The notes beneath the pieces were generated by a model. It saw only the letters and a list, made by a program, of their open reading frames with translations, was not told where the DNA came from and searched no databases. Position numbers and translations under genes: made by a program. DNA of 64,000 nt, taken from the NCBI RefSeq assembly GCF_001194135.2, contig NC_068981.1:1051922-1115921 (forward strand). Reading direction: 5' to 3'. This DNA comes from Octopus bimaculoides. Its lineage: Eukaryota. Below, in pieces: positions 52,466 to 64,000 of the stretch; positions within the stretch are counted from its first letter, which is position 1; every line of letters starts with the position of its first letter.

Positions 52466-52846
52466 CTCTGCCAGGTAAGCTGGCTGGTTAACCGAAACTT
52501 CAAAACCACTCTGAAACGTTTTCTTGTAAAAATATGTACTCCGCTAAGAAGTATTGGCTAAGCCTTTAATTTAATGTTAAATTGTTTCTATAACTTCATA
52601 TAAAACCAACACGCACGCACAGACAGACAGACACACACACACACACACAGAATTTCCGGGAAATTTTGAAATTCCCCTTTTCGGATTCCTTGTATATATA
52701 CATACATATGTATATGTCACTTATGAGCTTCCGTACTTGATATCAGGCAACCATATTGCCTCGTTTATATTTCTTTCTTCCATTCATTGTGACAACAAAT
52801 TACACAAGCAGCACACTTGTCTTCGACTCACTCTCACACCTCAGCC

Positions 52847-52966
52847 ATGGCACATCAGTCTACACCGACCGCATTATTTATCTTGTTTTTAGCGCTGTTA
52901 TGGCCCGCATGCTTGGCCGAAATGATCAAAGGATCGGTGCCATTAAATTCCGGCGTTTTTGATAAG
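52847..52966 (+). CDS. ERP29: ERp29 exon 1: signal peptide plus KGSVPLNSGVFDK
   Basis: Kozak GCCATGG; hydrophobic signal ALFILFLALLWPACLA; matches human KGALPLDTVTFYK; donor GTAAGT; 120 nt, phase 0. Confidence 0.9.
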
Positions 52967-55900
52967 GTAAGTTTGAAATAAAACCAATTTCTTATGATGG
53001 AAGAATTTCTTCTCTGTTTGAATGAACCAAGAATCACACACATTAAACACGACTGGATCTAATTTTCACACAGTTTTTCTTTACATATCTGCTCGGTTTT
53101 AGCTTCTTTTAACTGGTTTTCATAATATTTCTAATAGAAACGAGTTTTTTTTTTAATTGAAAATATTTTTTTTTTTTACTCAGTATAAGTTTGAAGATTA
53201 TTTCAAGAATTTGGGTTTCGTTCTTGGGAATCTCCGTCTTTAATATATAATAATATGTAATCATCATTTTCTTATTCTTTGATTTGATTTCAGTTTTCTT
53301 TCGTATCACGGCGATGATATTTGTAAAAAAAACTTTTTCCGTGTTTGAATCATATCAACGACAATTTTGCATTTTGTTCGTCCTGGGACGTAAAAAAAAG
53401 GGTGACAAAAAACTAATAACATTTTATAGAAATATTTATTTTCGTGGGTGTGTATGTTTTGTATAACACTAAGCCGAGCTTGACAATTATTACTCGCGCG
53501 TATACATACACATGCAAATGTATGTGTATTGTATGCATGTATGTATGTATGTATGCATGAATGTATGCACACACGTGTGTATATATCTTTTTCTTTCCTT
53601 ACACTTTAGTAAGAAATATGCACACGTGTGTGTATAAATGTGTATATAAATTATATACATCCTTATTGTCACAGTTTTTGTGGAGTAAACGCCCTCTTAA
53701 ACACACACGCCTTCCACGCTTTTTGACATTTTGGCGATATTTCTTGCATTCTGTTTAATCCCAGTTCAATCCCGATCGGGTAGAACTATAATAAAGACAT
53801 ACCAATCAGGACCATTCCGTTTCTCCACCGACATAATATAACTTGGATTACATTACTCAATGTGTCTGGCGATTCGAGGTTGTTACAGTTGCTATTTCTA
53901 GCAACATGAATGGTTTCCTTGGTAAGCGATAGGATCGAGGTTCAAATCCTGCCTGTAGGTTTGTACTCTATAAAGGCTGAAGATTATAAAAAAGAATAAG
54001 AACATTGAAAAACGATGTGGTATCTCATTGCATCGTTTTACGTCGTGTGTTCAATTCCCACTCGGGTCGGCTTTGCCTTCCATCCCCTTTGGAATCGATG
54101 AATTGAGTACCAATCAGTACCGGTAATCGATTGAATCTAACCATGTCTTCTCCCTCTCTTAGACATTCATGGCTTTGTACCAGTGTAAAAAAAAATACCA
54201 TTTATTGTACATTAGTAGCAGTTTAAACCTATAAGAATATGTGAAGAATTTTATAACATTAAATTCTTCTCTAAACAGATTTCTTTTATCTGATTCGAAT
54301 TTACGACTTCATGTCTCTAGGAATGCTGGAGAATATTCCAGAATACGTCTCCCGCCTCTCTCTCTCTTTTCCTTTCTGCCACTCTCTCTCACTGCCTCTT
54401 TATATCTCTCTCATCCCCTCTTTCTCTGCCCTCTCTTTACCTTCTCATCTCTCTCTCTGCATTTATCTTTTTCTGCTTCTCTCACCCTCTCTTCGATTCC
54501 GTTTTTCTTTGCCTCTCTATCTCCCTCTCTGTGCCTTCCCATCTCTCTCTGCATTTCTTTTTTTCTCCTCTCCTTCTCTGTCTTCTCTTTTTTTTCTTCT
54601 ATTCCATTCTCTCTCTCGTTTTCACCCTCTCTTTCTTGACTTCACCATCTCGCTCTCCCTCTGACTCTGCCTCTCACTGTCTGTCTGTCTCTCTTCCCTT
54701 CCTTTCTTCTCCATTTCTTCCAATACGGAATAGAATAGGGGTTTACTTTCTCAGCCAGCTTGCTAATTATGTCGCTTCTTTCTGCTGAATCAGTTCCATG
54801 TACTTCCTTCTTTTTCCCATGGAAGCCCACTCGTTTCTTCTATGGGCCTCGTTTTATCGAAGTGATACAAGTGGAGTGTTTTTGTCCTGATAACACACAC
54901 AATAGAAGTAGCAGCACGTGTTTATTTATTGATATTATTAATACTATTATCATTGTTGTTGTTAGCATTTAAGACTGCGAACTGGCAGAAACGTTAGCAG
55001 GCCGGGCGAAATGCTCAGTGGTATTTCGTCTGCCGCTACGTTCTGAGTTCAAATTTCGCCGAGGTCCACTTTGCCTTTCATCCTTTCGGGGTCGATTAAA
55101 TAAGTACCAGTTANNNNNNNNNNNNNNNNNNNNNNNNNNNNNNNNNNNNNNNNNNNNNNNNNNNNNNNNNNNNNNNNNNNNNNNNNNNNNNNNNNNNNNN
55201 NNNNNNNNNNNNNNNNNNNNNNNNNNNNNNNNNNNNNNNNNNNNNNNNNNNNNNNNNNNNNNNNNNNNNNNNNNNNNNNNNNNNNNNNNNNNNNNNNNNN
55301 NNNNNNNNNNNNNNNNNNNNNNNNNNNNNNNNNNNNNNNNNNNNNNNNNNNNNNNNNNNNNNNNNNNNNNNNNNNNNNNNNNNNNNNNNNNNNNNNNNNN
55401 NNNNNNNNNNNNNNNNNNNNNNNNNNNNNNNNNNNNNNNNNNNNNNNNNNNNNNNNNNNNNNNNNNNNNNNNNNNNAACTTTTAAATTCAATAAATAAAC
55501 ACGTGCTGCTACTTCTATTGTGTGTGTTATCAGGACAAAAACACTCCACTTGTATCACTTCGATAAAACGAGGCCCATAGAAGAAACGAGTGGGCTTCCA
55601 TGGGAAAAAGAAGGAAGTACATAAGGAGATACACATGAACGTCTTCCTGGGGCTAAAAACAACAGTAACACCGTCTTCTATAGGACCGTCACATTTAGTT
55701 GACAAATATAGTTTATGAATAAACGGACAGGGATAAATAGATAGACAGACAAATAAATAAATGGATGAAAAAGTTCAAAATTTAAAATTGGGGGAAGGGT
55801 GAAATTTGAGCCCCTTATTAAACTTTATAACTTTAATTATTAAACAATGTTTGTTTCTCATAAAATGGTGTATATCTAATTTACATTATATTATTATTTA

Positions 55901-57418
55901 CGATTATAAACACAAGTAAAATGCAAATTCTTTTCATTTTAATGTTTTTCTCTGTATTTAGTAGATGGAAACTGAAAGAAGCCCGTCGGATATACATACA
56001 TACATATATATATATGTATATATAAAGTAGTTGTATACTGCCAACTTAACATGACAGTCCCAATAAGGGAATATGCTACTGCTATTTAGCCATAGGAAGC
56101 TGGACCGCTTCCTATTAGGCCTTGACACATTTCCTGTGTCCTTATCTTTGCAAGGGGGAGACAAACTCCTCCACCCAGCGCACACACATGTATATGTTTT
56201 TGTGTCTGTGTTTGTTGCCACACCATCACTTGACAACTGATGCTGGTGTGTTTACGTTCCCATAACTTAGCAGTTCGGCAAAAGAGAACGATAGAATAAG
56301 TACTAGGCTTACAAAGAATAAGTCCTTGGTGCCGAGTTGTTCGACTAAAGGTGGTGCTCCAGCATGGCCGCAGTCGAATGACTGAAACAAATAAAATAAA
56401 AAAAAAGACAATAAAAGAATTTGGTAGTTTCATGTAAATTTCTACTGCATCACCTGCTGCACCTCCATGTTGCAAAGTGTGTGCAGCATTGTTTGTTCTT
56501 TGTTTGTAGTTAGGGGAGTGCAAGCTCTTCCCATTGTTGCATCAGTTTGTTGTGTTGTGGAGTCTGGCTGCAGCATTTTGTTGTATCATTGTTTGTATTG
56601 TGTGTTGTGTGTGTAATGCAAGCAGTTTTGTTCTGTTGTGTTACTATTTTGTTCTTTCTGAAATTCTGAAAAAAATTATTATTCTTGACCCCACCCTTCC
56701 ATCGTCACCCCTTCTTCTCTGGTTTTGAATTTCTTTTGGTTAGCTTTTAAAGCATCTTTTCACCATCCATCCTACCTATATTATCTTTCAAGTACAATCT
56801 GTCAGTCGGAGTAGGAGTGGCTGTGTGGTAAGTAGCTTGCTTACCAACCACATGGTTCCGGGTTCAGTCCCACTGCGTGGCACCTTGGGCAAGCATCTTC
56901 TACTATAGCCTCGGGCTGACCAAAGCCTTGTGAGTGGATTTGGTAGACGGAAACTGAAAGAAGCCCGTCCTATATATGTATATATATGTATGTGTGTGTA
57001 TATGCTTGTGTGTCTGTGTTTACGTCCCTGTAACTTAATGGTTTGGCAAATGAGACCGATAGAATAAGTACTAGGCTTACAAAGAATAAGTCCTGGGGTC
57101 GATTTGCTCGACTAAAAGGCGGTGCTCCAGCATGGCCGCAGTCAAATGACTGAAAGAAGTAAANNNNNNNNNNNNNNNNNNNNNNNNNNNNNNNNNNNNN
57201 NNNNNNNNNNNNNNNNNNNNNNNNNNNNNATAATTAAACATTGGTCATATATATGATGTATTTTGGAGGTTTGATATCGTATATAAAGTTGTTAACTCAT
57301 TTTAATGTTTGTTCTATGACCAATGTTTAATTATCCTTGCCTCATTTATTTGAGCACTTCTTTTTTGCAGTCCTATTAACTCTTTGTCTCTTTTGAAAGT
57401 AGTTATTTCTTGACGTAT

Positions 57419-57470
<52 letters not shown>

Positions 57471-59061
57471 CTTTCACTTTCGCTTTGTAAGTTCGTAATT
57501 AATTATGTTTAAGCAATCGATTTTTTTTTTCATGCCAAGAAAAAAAAAGTTCAAATGTATGGATGGCAGGTGGTAGAACTTCATTATTTTAAAAGAATTT
57601 GAGTGGAAATTGTGCTGACATATACAAGCATGAGTACGAGATATTTCGACACAGCTGTTTTGGTGCTGCTACCTGTTCAGCATTGCTGATTTGATGTTGA
57701 CTGATTTCATAGCAGACGTTTGAATGTTTCATTTTAATGCTTTTCCTACTCTCTCTCTCTCTTTCTCTCCTTTTCTGTTTATATGTGTGAGCATCTAGTT
57801 ATCATCATCTTCATTATTTTAGCATCCATTCTTATGCTGACATGGGTGGGACAGTTTGATGGGAGCTGGTGAGTCAGAGAACTGTGCCAAGCTCTTGCTG
57901 TCTGCTTTGGCTCGGTTTCTACAGCTGGATGCCCTTCCAAACACCAAATATTTGTACAAGAAGTTTGTTTCCCAACTACACAATTCCGGGTTCAGTCTCA
58001 CTGTGTGGCACTTTGGGTGAGTTCCTTCAACTACAGCCTTGGGCTGACCAAAGCCTTGTGAGTGGATTTGGTAGACAGAAACTGAATGAAGCCCATCATA
58101 AACATGCATACATACATACATATATATATATTTATGTGTGTTTACATCTCCATAACTTAGCAGTTTGGCAAAAAAGACTGATAGAATAAGTACCAGGCTT
58201 TAAAAAATTCCTGGGGTTGATTCATTCAACAAAAAATACTTAAGGTGGTACTCCAGCATGACCGCGGGCTAATGACTGAAACAAGTAAAAGAATAAAAGA
58301 CTATGTAATATCTGTCTCTCTCACTCACTCTCTGTCTGTGCGCACGCGTGTGTCTGTGTCTGTCCAGCACCAAAATGGACTGTCACCAGAACAGGTAGAA
58401 TGTCCTGACAGCTGCACCAAGTGACCAGCATCCAAACAGCTGTCTCGTTCCGCATGAATTTGGTTGTGATGAAACAATTGAATCCATTTTGGTTGCTGTT
58501 TGTGAACAACATCACCTTCAAGATACAGGACCAGATACTGCATCAGTTTAGATTCCAAGAGCCCACAGCACTTCAATATCCTGTCAATAAGCCTGAAAGA
58601 CGAGGGTGGTGAGCTGGCAGAAATGTTAGCCTGCTGGGCGAAATGCATAGAGGTATTTTGTCTGCCTTTACGTTCTGAGTTCAAATTCCGCTGAGGTTGA
58701 CTTTGCCTTTCATCCTTTTGGGGTTGATAAATTAAGTACCAGTTGCATACTGGAGTTGATCTAATCGACTGGCCCCTTCCCCAAAAATTTTGGGCCTTGT
58801 ACCTAGAGTAGAAGAGAATATTTATAAAAGCGGCGAGCTGGCGGAAATGTTAGCCTGCTGGGCGAAATGCTTAGCGATATTTCGTCTGTCTTTACGCTCT
58901 GAGTTCAGCTGGAACCCTTGTCGTCATAACTGATGGAGTACTAGGAAGACGACAATGTGTCTATGGCACTCATCTTGATGTATGTCTATATGCAAGTGTA
59001 TTTATGTATATATGTATGTATTGATGTGTGTGCTTATATGTGTGTATATATATATATATAG

Positions 59062-59095
<34 letters not shown>

Positions 59096-61311
59096 TTATA
59101 TGGATGTGTATATAAGTGTGTGTATATCTATATGAATGTATATGTGTGTGTGTGTGTGTATGGTGTCATGCAAATGGCACCCGTACTGGTGGCACATAAA
59201 AGCACCCATTACACTCTTGGAGTGGTTGGCATCATGAAGGGCATCCCGGTGTAGAAAGCCATGCCAGATCAGACTGGAGTCTGGTGCAGCCTTCCAGCGT
59301 GCCAGCCCTGGTCAAACCGTCCAACCCATGCCAGCATGGGCAACGGACGTTAAATAATGACGATGGTGATTATTCTATCACAAATTTATTTCTTATTTAT
59401 TCACCCTCGCTTTGAATTAATCACGCATTGTCTTGTAGCTTCAGGATTTCAATGGTGTGTTTCTATATTTCTAGGATGATGTTGTAGGGTAGGTGCAAGA
59501 GGTTAGATCTGGTCAGTTTTGAAATAAAGCCAGGAGAATATTTGGGCCAGATATGTCCGGATTAAATGCTAAGGAGTTAAAAGGCAGCTATTTACAGTTT
59601 AATAGTAAAGTTGGTAGAAGGGATCACCAAAAAATATTGTTTCTTTTTTTCTTTTTTTGGAGTTGAGGTTTGAAAATAGCAGCAGAGAAAACTATATTGT
59701 ATGGGTGGGTGATGGCAGTTAATAAATGAATGAAAGAATTGGTTTTTGGGTGGAAGTGTGTAGACTTGATAAACTTGTGGGAGGCAGTGGGGGGGGGGGA
59801 TGAAGAAAATGGCCATCATAATGCTTTCTAAAATGAACCGAAAACATCTGTTACTTTTTTTTGTGCTTTTGTTGTGAACCTTTTGAATCTATTCAGCAAA
59901 TAGATAATTCATTTGATTTAGAAGAAAGCTATCTAACAACATTCAACATGTAGCCACATGTTGTTACGCAAGTATTTCTCATGTGAATAGAATATGATGA
60001 TAAGGTCTAGAATGCACGGTGTAGTAAGGTATAAACTACATAGAATTAGATAAATAGTTATTTTCTGTTTCATTGATTGGTCTTTGAATATAAAGGATTC
60101 AATATGAAAGGAATATTGTTTTGGTATGGAATATAGCATATGTGTGTGTTTGTTCATTGAACATCCTTTTTTTTCCCCCCTTTCTATGGTAAAGTAGCTT
60201 CAATAGGGAGTCATCTGAGGCAGGCCACCAACTCTTATCTCTTTGGTTTTTTTCAAGGGATTTTTTTTTCTCTCATTCTACAGATTTAAAAGGGAATGTT
60301 AATGTTTCCATTTTGCTCAGGTGGTCGACAAGATTGGAATCTAATTTACTCACATCTACACTCACACATGCATACACATACGTTTATATACATATTTATA
60401 TATATGCACACACACACGTGTGCATACACGCTCTCTCTCTTTTCCTCTCTCTCTTATGCACACACATCATCATCATTTAACGTGTGTTTTCCATGCTGGC
60501 ATGGTTTGACAGGAACTGACCAGCTGAAAGGCTGTACAGGCTCCATGTCTGTCTTGGCATGGTTTCTACAGTTGGATGCCTTTCCCAATGCCAGCCACTT
60601 TGCAGAGGGTATTGAATACTTTTACGAAGCACCAACATAGATGCTTTTTACCTGGCACCAGCACCCATGAGCCTGCAAGGTTAAGGATGCCCAGCTGAAG
60701 AGGGGACAAGCATGTATGCAAGGGCAACCGCACTTTTACTTAGCTTGATGTGTCTTTCTAGGCTTCTTGCAGTTTCCACATCATCATCATCATCATCGTT
60801 TAATATCCGCTTTCCATGCTAGCATGGGTTGGACGATTTGACTGAGGACTGGCAAGCCAGAAGGCTACACCAGGCTCCAATCTGATCTGGCAAAGTTTCT
60901 ACAGCTGGATGCCCTTCCTAACACCAACCACTCTGAGAGTGTAGTGGGTGTTTTTATGTGCCACTGGCATGAGGGCCAGTCAGGCGGTACTGGCAACGGC
61001 CACACTCAAAATGGTGTATTTTACATGCCACCTGCACAGGAGCCAGTCTAGCAGCACTGGCAACGACCTCGCTCGAATGGTATTTTTCACATGCCACTGG
61101 CACAAGTGCCAGTAAGGCGACGCTGGTAACGATCACGTTCAAATGGTGCTTTTAAAAAACATAAGTATTGGGGTCGATTCATTCGACTAAAAATTCGTTG
61201 AGTTAGTGCCCCAGCATGGCCATAGTCTAATGATTGAAACAAATAAAAGATAAAAGATAAAATGATTTTTTATGAAGCACTTGTTAATTCTTATACAGAT
61301 TATGTTTATGT

Positions 61312-61697
61312 GGAGGCGCAATGGCCCAGTGGTTAGGGCAGCGGACTCGTGGTCATAGGATCGCGATTTCGATTCCCAGACCGGGCGTTGTGAGTGTTTT
61401 TTGAGCGAAAAGACCTAAAGCTCCACGAGGCTCCGGCAGGGGATGGTGGCGAACCCTGCTGTACTCTTTCACCACAACTTTCTCTCACTCTTACTTCCTG
61501 TTTCTGTTGTACCTGTAATTCAAAGGGCCAGCCTTGTCACACTGTGTCACGCTGAATATCCCCGAGAACTACATTAAAGGTACACGTGTCTGTGGAGTGC
61601 TCAGCCACTTTGCACGTTAATTTCACGAGCAGGCTGTTCCGTTGATCGGATCAACTGGAACCCTCGATGTCGTAAGCGATGGAGTGCCAACAACAAC
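61312..61697 (+). mobile_element. tRNA-headed SINE family C, full-length copy
   Basis: GGAGGCGCAATGGCCCAGTGGTTAGG...TTCGATTCC head; (CAA)n tail; inverted twin at 62651-63023. Confidence 0.88.
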
Positions 61698-61837
61698 ACG
61701 TTTACTACCTGGGTTTCCTAAAAGACCCACAGTCAGACTTTCAACTAAAATATGTATTGTTGGCCGTCTGTTTAAAACCAATAATCTAAATTCCTGGTAG
61801 TTCTTTTTCTTCTTCAAATATTTATTGATTATTTCAG

Positions 61838-61976
61838 GTAATCAGTAAACACAAAGCAGTTCTGGTGAAATTTGATGAAACTTATCCTTATGGGGAAAAA
61901 CAAGAGCAGTTTAAAAAGGTTGCTCAGTCGTCTTACGTACAACCAGAGTTACTAATTGCTGAAGTTCAAATTGCTG
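61838..61976 (+). CDS. ERP29: ERp29 exon 2 (VISKHKAVLVKFDETYPYGEKQEQFKKVAQSSYVQPELLIAEVQIA)
   Basis: Diagnostic LVKFDxxYPYGEKQ motif; atttcag acceptor, GTAAGT donor; 139 nt, phase 0 to 1. Confidence 0.96.
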
Positions 61977-61994
61977 GTAAGTATTAAGGTTATT

Positions 61995-62378
61995 ATTATT
62001 ATTATTACCTTCGCCTTAGCAAAGCGGGAGGTATTGTTTTCAGTCGTGTTTGTTTGTTTGTTTGTGTGTCCATGGACAAAATATCTCAAGAATCACTGGA
62101 TGGATTCAGCTGAAACTTTCAGGGATGTTTGGCCTCACAACTGGCACAAACTGATCAGATTTTGGGATCAATCCGGTACCAGACAAGGATTCTGGATTAT
62201 TTTTCCGGTTTTTTCACTTAATTCTTGAGAACGTTCGGGTTCATTTTCAGTATTCTCCTTTGTGAGAGCAGTCGAGTTTATTTCAGATATTCTCATTTTA
62301 AAAATCATCTCTGGTTAATCATTGAGAGGACGTTGGTGTTGCCTTGGCGGAGGTTTTCACTCTCTGAGTGCTCTTGTT
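61995..62378 (+). mobile_element. Helentron-associated/DINE-1-like non-autonomous element (HINE); related tandem copies at 35935-36520
   Basis: 5' ttattacct(t)cgcc...gcgggaggt subterminal inverted repeat, GTTT/GTCT microsatellite, 3' ggcggaggt plus short hairpin cactctctgagtg, inserted in a T-rich site. Confidence 0.7.
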
Positions 62379-62650
62379 GTTGTTATTATTATTATTATTA
62401 TCATCATATAAGGCAGCAGAATTGTTAGCACGCTGGACGAAATACTTACTGGTATTTCATTTGCCGTTACCTTCTGAGTTCAAATGCTGCCAGGATTGAC
62501 TTCGCCTTTCATCCTTTCAGGATAAGTTAAGTACCAGTTGCATGCTGGGGTCCGACTGGCCCCTCCCCAAAGATTTCGGGTCTTGTGCCTAGAGTAGAAT
62601 AGATTATTTAAGCTTACATTCCTCTGTGGTGGTGTTTTGCATTTACAATC

Positions 62651-63023
62651 GTGGTACTCCGTCAGTTACGATGACAAGGGTTCCAGTTGATCCGACCAAC
62701 GGAACAGCCTGCTCGTGAAATTAATGTGCAAGTGGCTGAGCACTCCACAGACATGTGTACCCTTAACGTAGTTCTCGGGGAGATTCAGCGTGACACAGTG
62801 TGACAAGGCTGGCCCTTTGAATTACAGGTACAACAGAAACAGGAAGAAAGGGTGAGAGTTGTGGTGAAAGAATAAAGCAGGGTTTGCCACAACCCCCTGC
62901 TGGAGCCTCGTGGAGCTTTAGGTGTTTTCGCTCAATAAACACTCACAGCGCCTGGTCTGGGAATCGAAACCGTGATCCTACAATTGCGAGTCCGCTACCC
63001 TATCCACTGGGCCATTGCACCTC
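62651..63023 (-). mobile_element. tRNA-headed SINE family C, inverted full-length copy
   Basis: Reverse complement aligns end to end with 61312-61697. Confidence 0.88.
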
Positions 63024-63133
63024 TGCTTTTATAATAACATAAATATATACAAATTATAAAAATCATAAAAAAATATTTGCAAACCTCTGCTTCTTTGAAT
63101 ATTGCCATAATAGATGAGCTTTTGTTTTTTGAT

Positions 63134-63300
63134 CCACTGGACGTGTAATGTCAGTGTGCACACACGACAGAGTGTAAGTGCTCTGAGAGAAATGTTGGAC
63201 ATAAGAAGCATCGGATATAACATGCAAGAGAGACGTTTGTGTTGGTATGGTCATGTACTACGGATGAATGAGGAGAGCTGTGTGAAGAAGTGCCACTCTG
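63134..63300 (+). mobile_element. RTE LINE fragment
   Basis: WTCNVSVHTRQS...ERRLCWYGHVLRMNEESCVKKC. Confidence 0.8.
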
Positions 63301-63660
63301 AAACAGATTTTCACCTATTGCGGGGGTTTTGGGAATGTAACACCTGCGATAGTTGAGGGATTAGTATATAATAACCCTTTATTTTGGGAAAGATTCCTCT
63401 TTACAAATAGAAGAAAGAAAATAATCAATGATTTCAGAGAAATGTGTTGTTATCAATTGCCGATTCTAGTTTATCATGTTTGTTCTTTTCATTGTTGTCT
63501 TTAATATGAATATTTTATTTTTTTTAANNNNNNNNNNAATTGCCGATTCTAGTTTATCATGTTTGTTCTTTTCATTGTTGTATTTAATATGAATATTTTA
63601 TTTTTTTTAACAGTTTCTGGAAAATACTATTTTAATTAATTTTTTTTATCTATCTTAAAG

Positions 63661-63825
63661 ATTATGGTGAACAAGAAAATATGGACCTTGCTACTCGGTT
63701 TAATGTTAAAAAAGAAGATTTCCCTGTTTATAAACTATTTCTGCAGGATAAGAAAGAACCGATCGCTTATACAGGAAATGTTAAAGATTCTGCAGCAATA
63801 AAAAGATTTGTTATGAAAAATACAG
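63661..63825 (+). CDS. ERP29: ERp29 exon 3 (DYGEQENMDLATRFNVKKEDFPVYKLFLQDKKEPIAYTGNVKDSAAIKRFVMKNT); gene continues right of the window
   Basis: Matches human DYGDKLNMEL...YPVFYLF...PVPYTG; acceptor ttaaag, donor GTTTGT; 165 nt, phase 1 to 1. Confidence 0.93.
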
Positions 63826-64000
63826 GTTTGTAACAAGCTTTTTTACTTTAGCCTCCATCTCTCTCTCATTCTAGTTGGGGTAGCCATGTATTCACCTCTT
63901 CAGAAAGACACCTGTTCTTGTAAGGTGTCAAGCTGGTAGAAATGTTAGCACGCCGGGAGAAATGCTTAGCGGCATTTTGTCTGTCTTTATGTTCTGAGTT

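Noticed and set aside
61312-61385. tRNA-like sequences at SINE heads (also 37048, 38423-38495, 49386)
   Set aside because: They have A/B boxes but no complete cloverleaf and continue into repeat bodies, so they are not tRNA genes.
63452-63610. Tandem duplication across a 10-N gap (similar at 17540-17730)
   Set aside because: Typical unmerged contig or haplotype overlap.

Overview
AT-rich, repeat-dense animal genomic DNA with about ten N-gaps. The repeat content looks like a coleoid cephalopod (Octopus-like); this is inferred, not proven. Three spliced housekeeping genes can be reconstructed by hand with GT-AG junctions in consistent phase. (1) CHAF1B (CAF-1 p60, WD40), minus strand: 7 coding exons from 12349 to 1033, continuing off the left edge. 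(2) C1QBP/p32, plus strand, 20829-33935, head-to-head with CHAF1B: 5 exons seen, and one internal exon is missing, probably in a gap. (3) ERP29, plus strand: 3 exons from 52847 to 63825, continuing off the right edge. The rest is mostly mobile DNA: several tRNA-headed SINE families, 5'-truncated RTE LINEs with (GAT)n tails, Penelope, Tigger/pogo and Tc1 relics, piggyBac- and mariner-type MITEs, a Helentron-type HINE and a solo LTR. The most interesting signal is a small repeat family that joins a tRNA-like Pol III head to a minimal type-I hammerhead ribozyme of the Penelope type. It has one apparently intact ribozyme at 38520-38567, and its other copies are disabled. A second hammerhead-like motif of unrelated sequence lies at 51860-51895.
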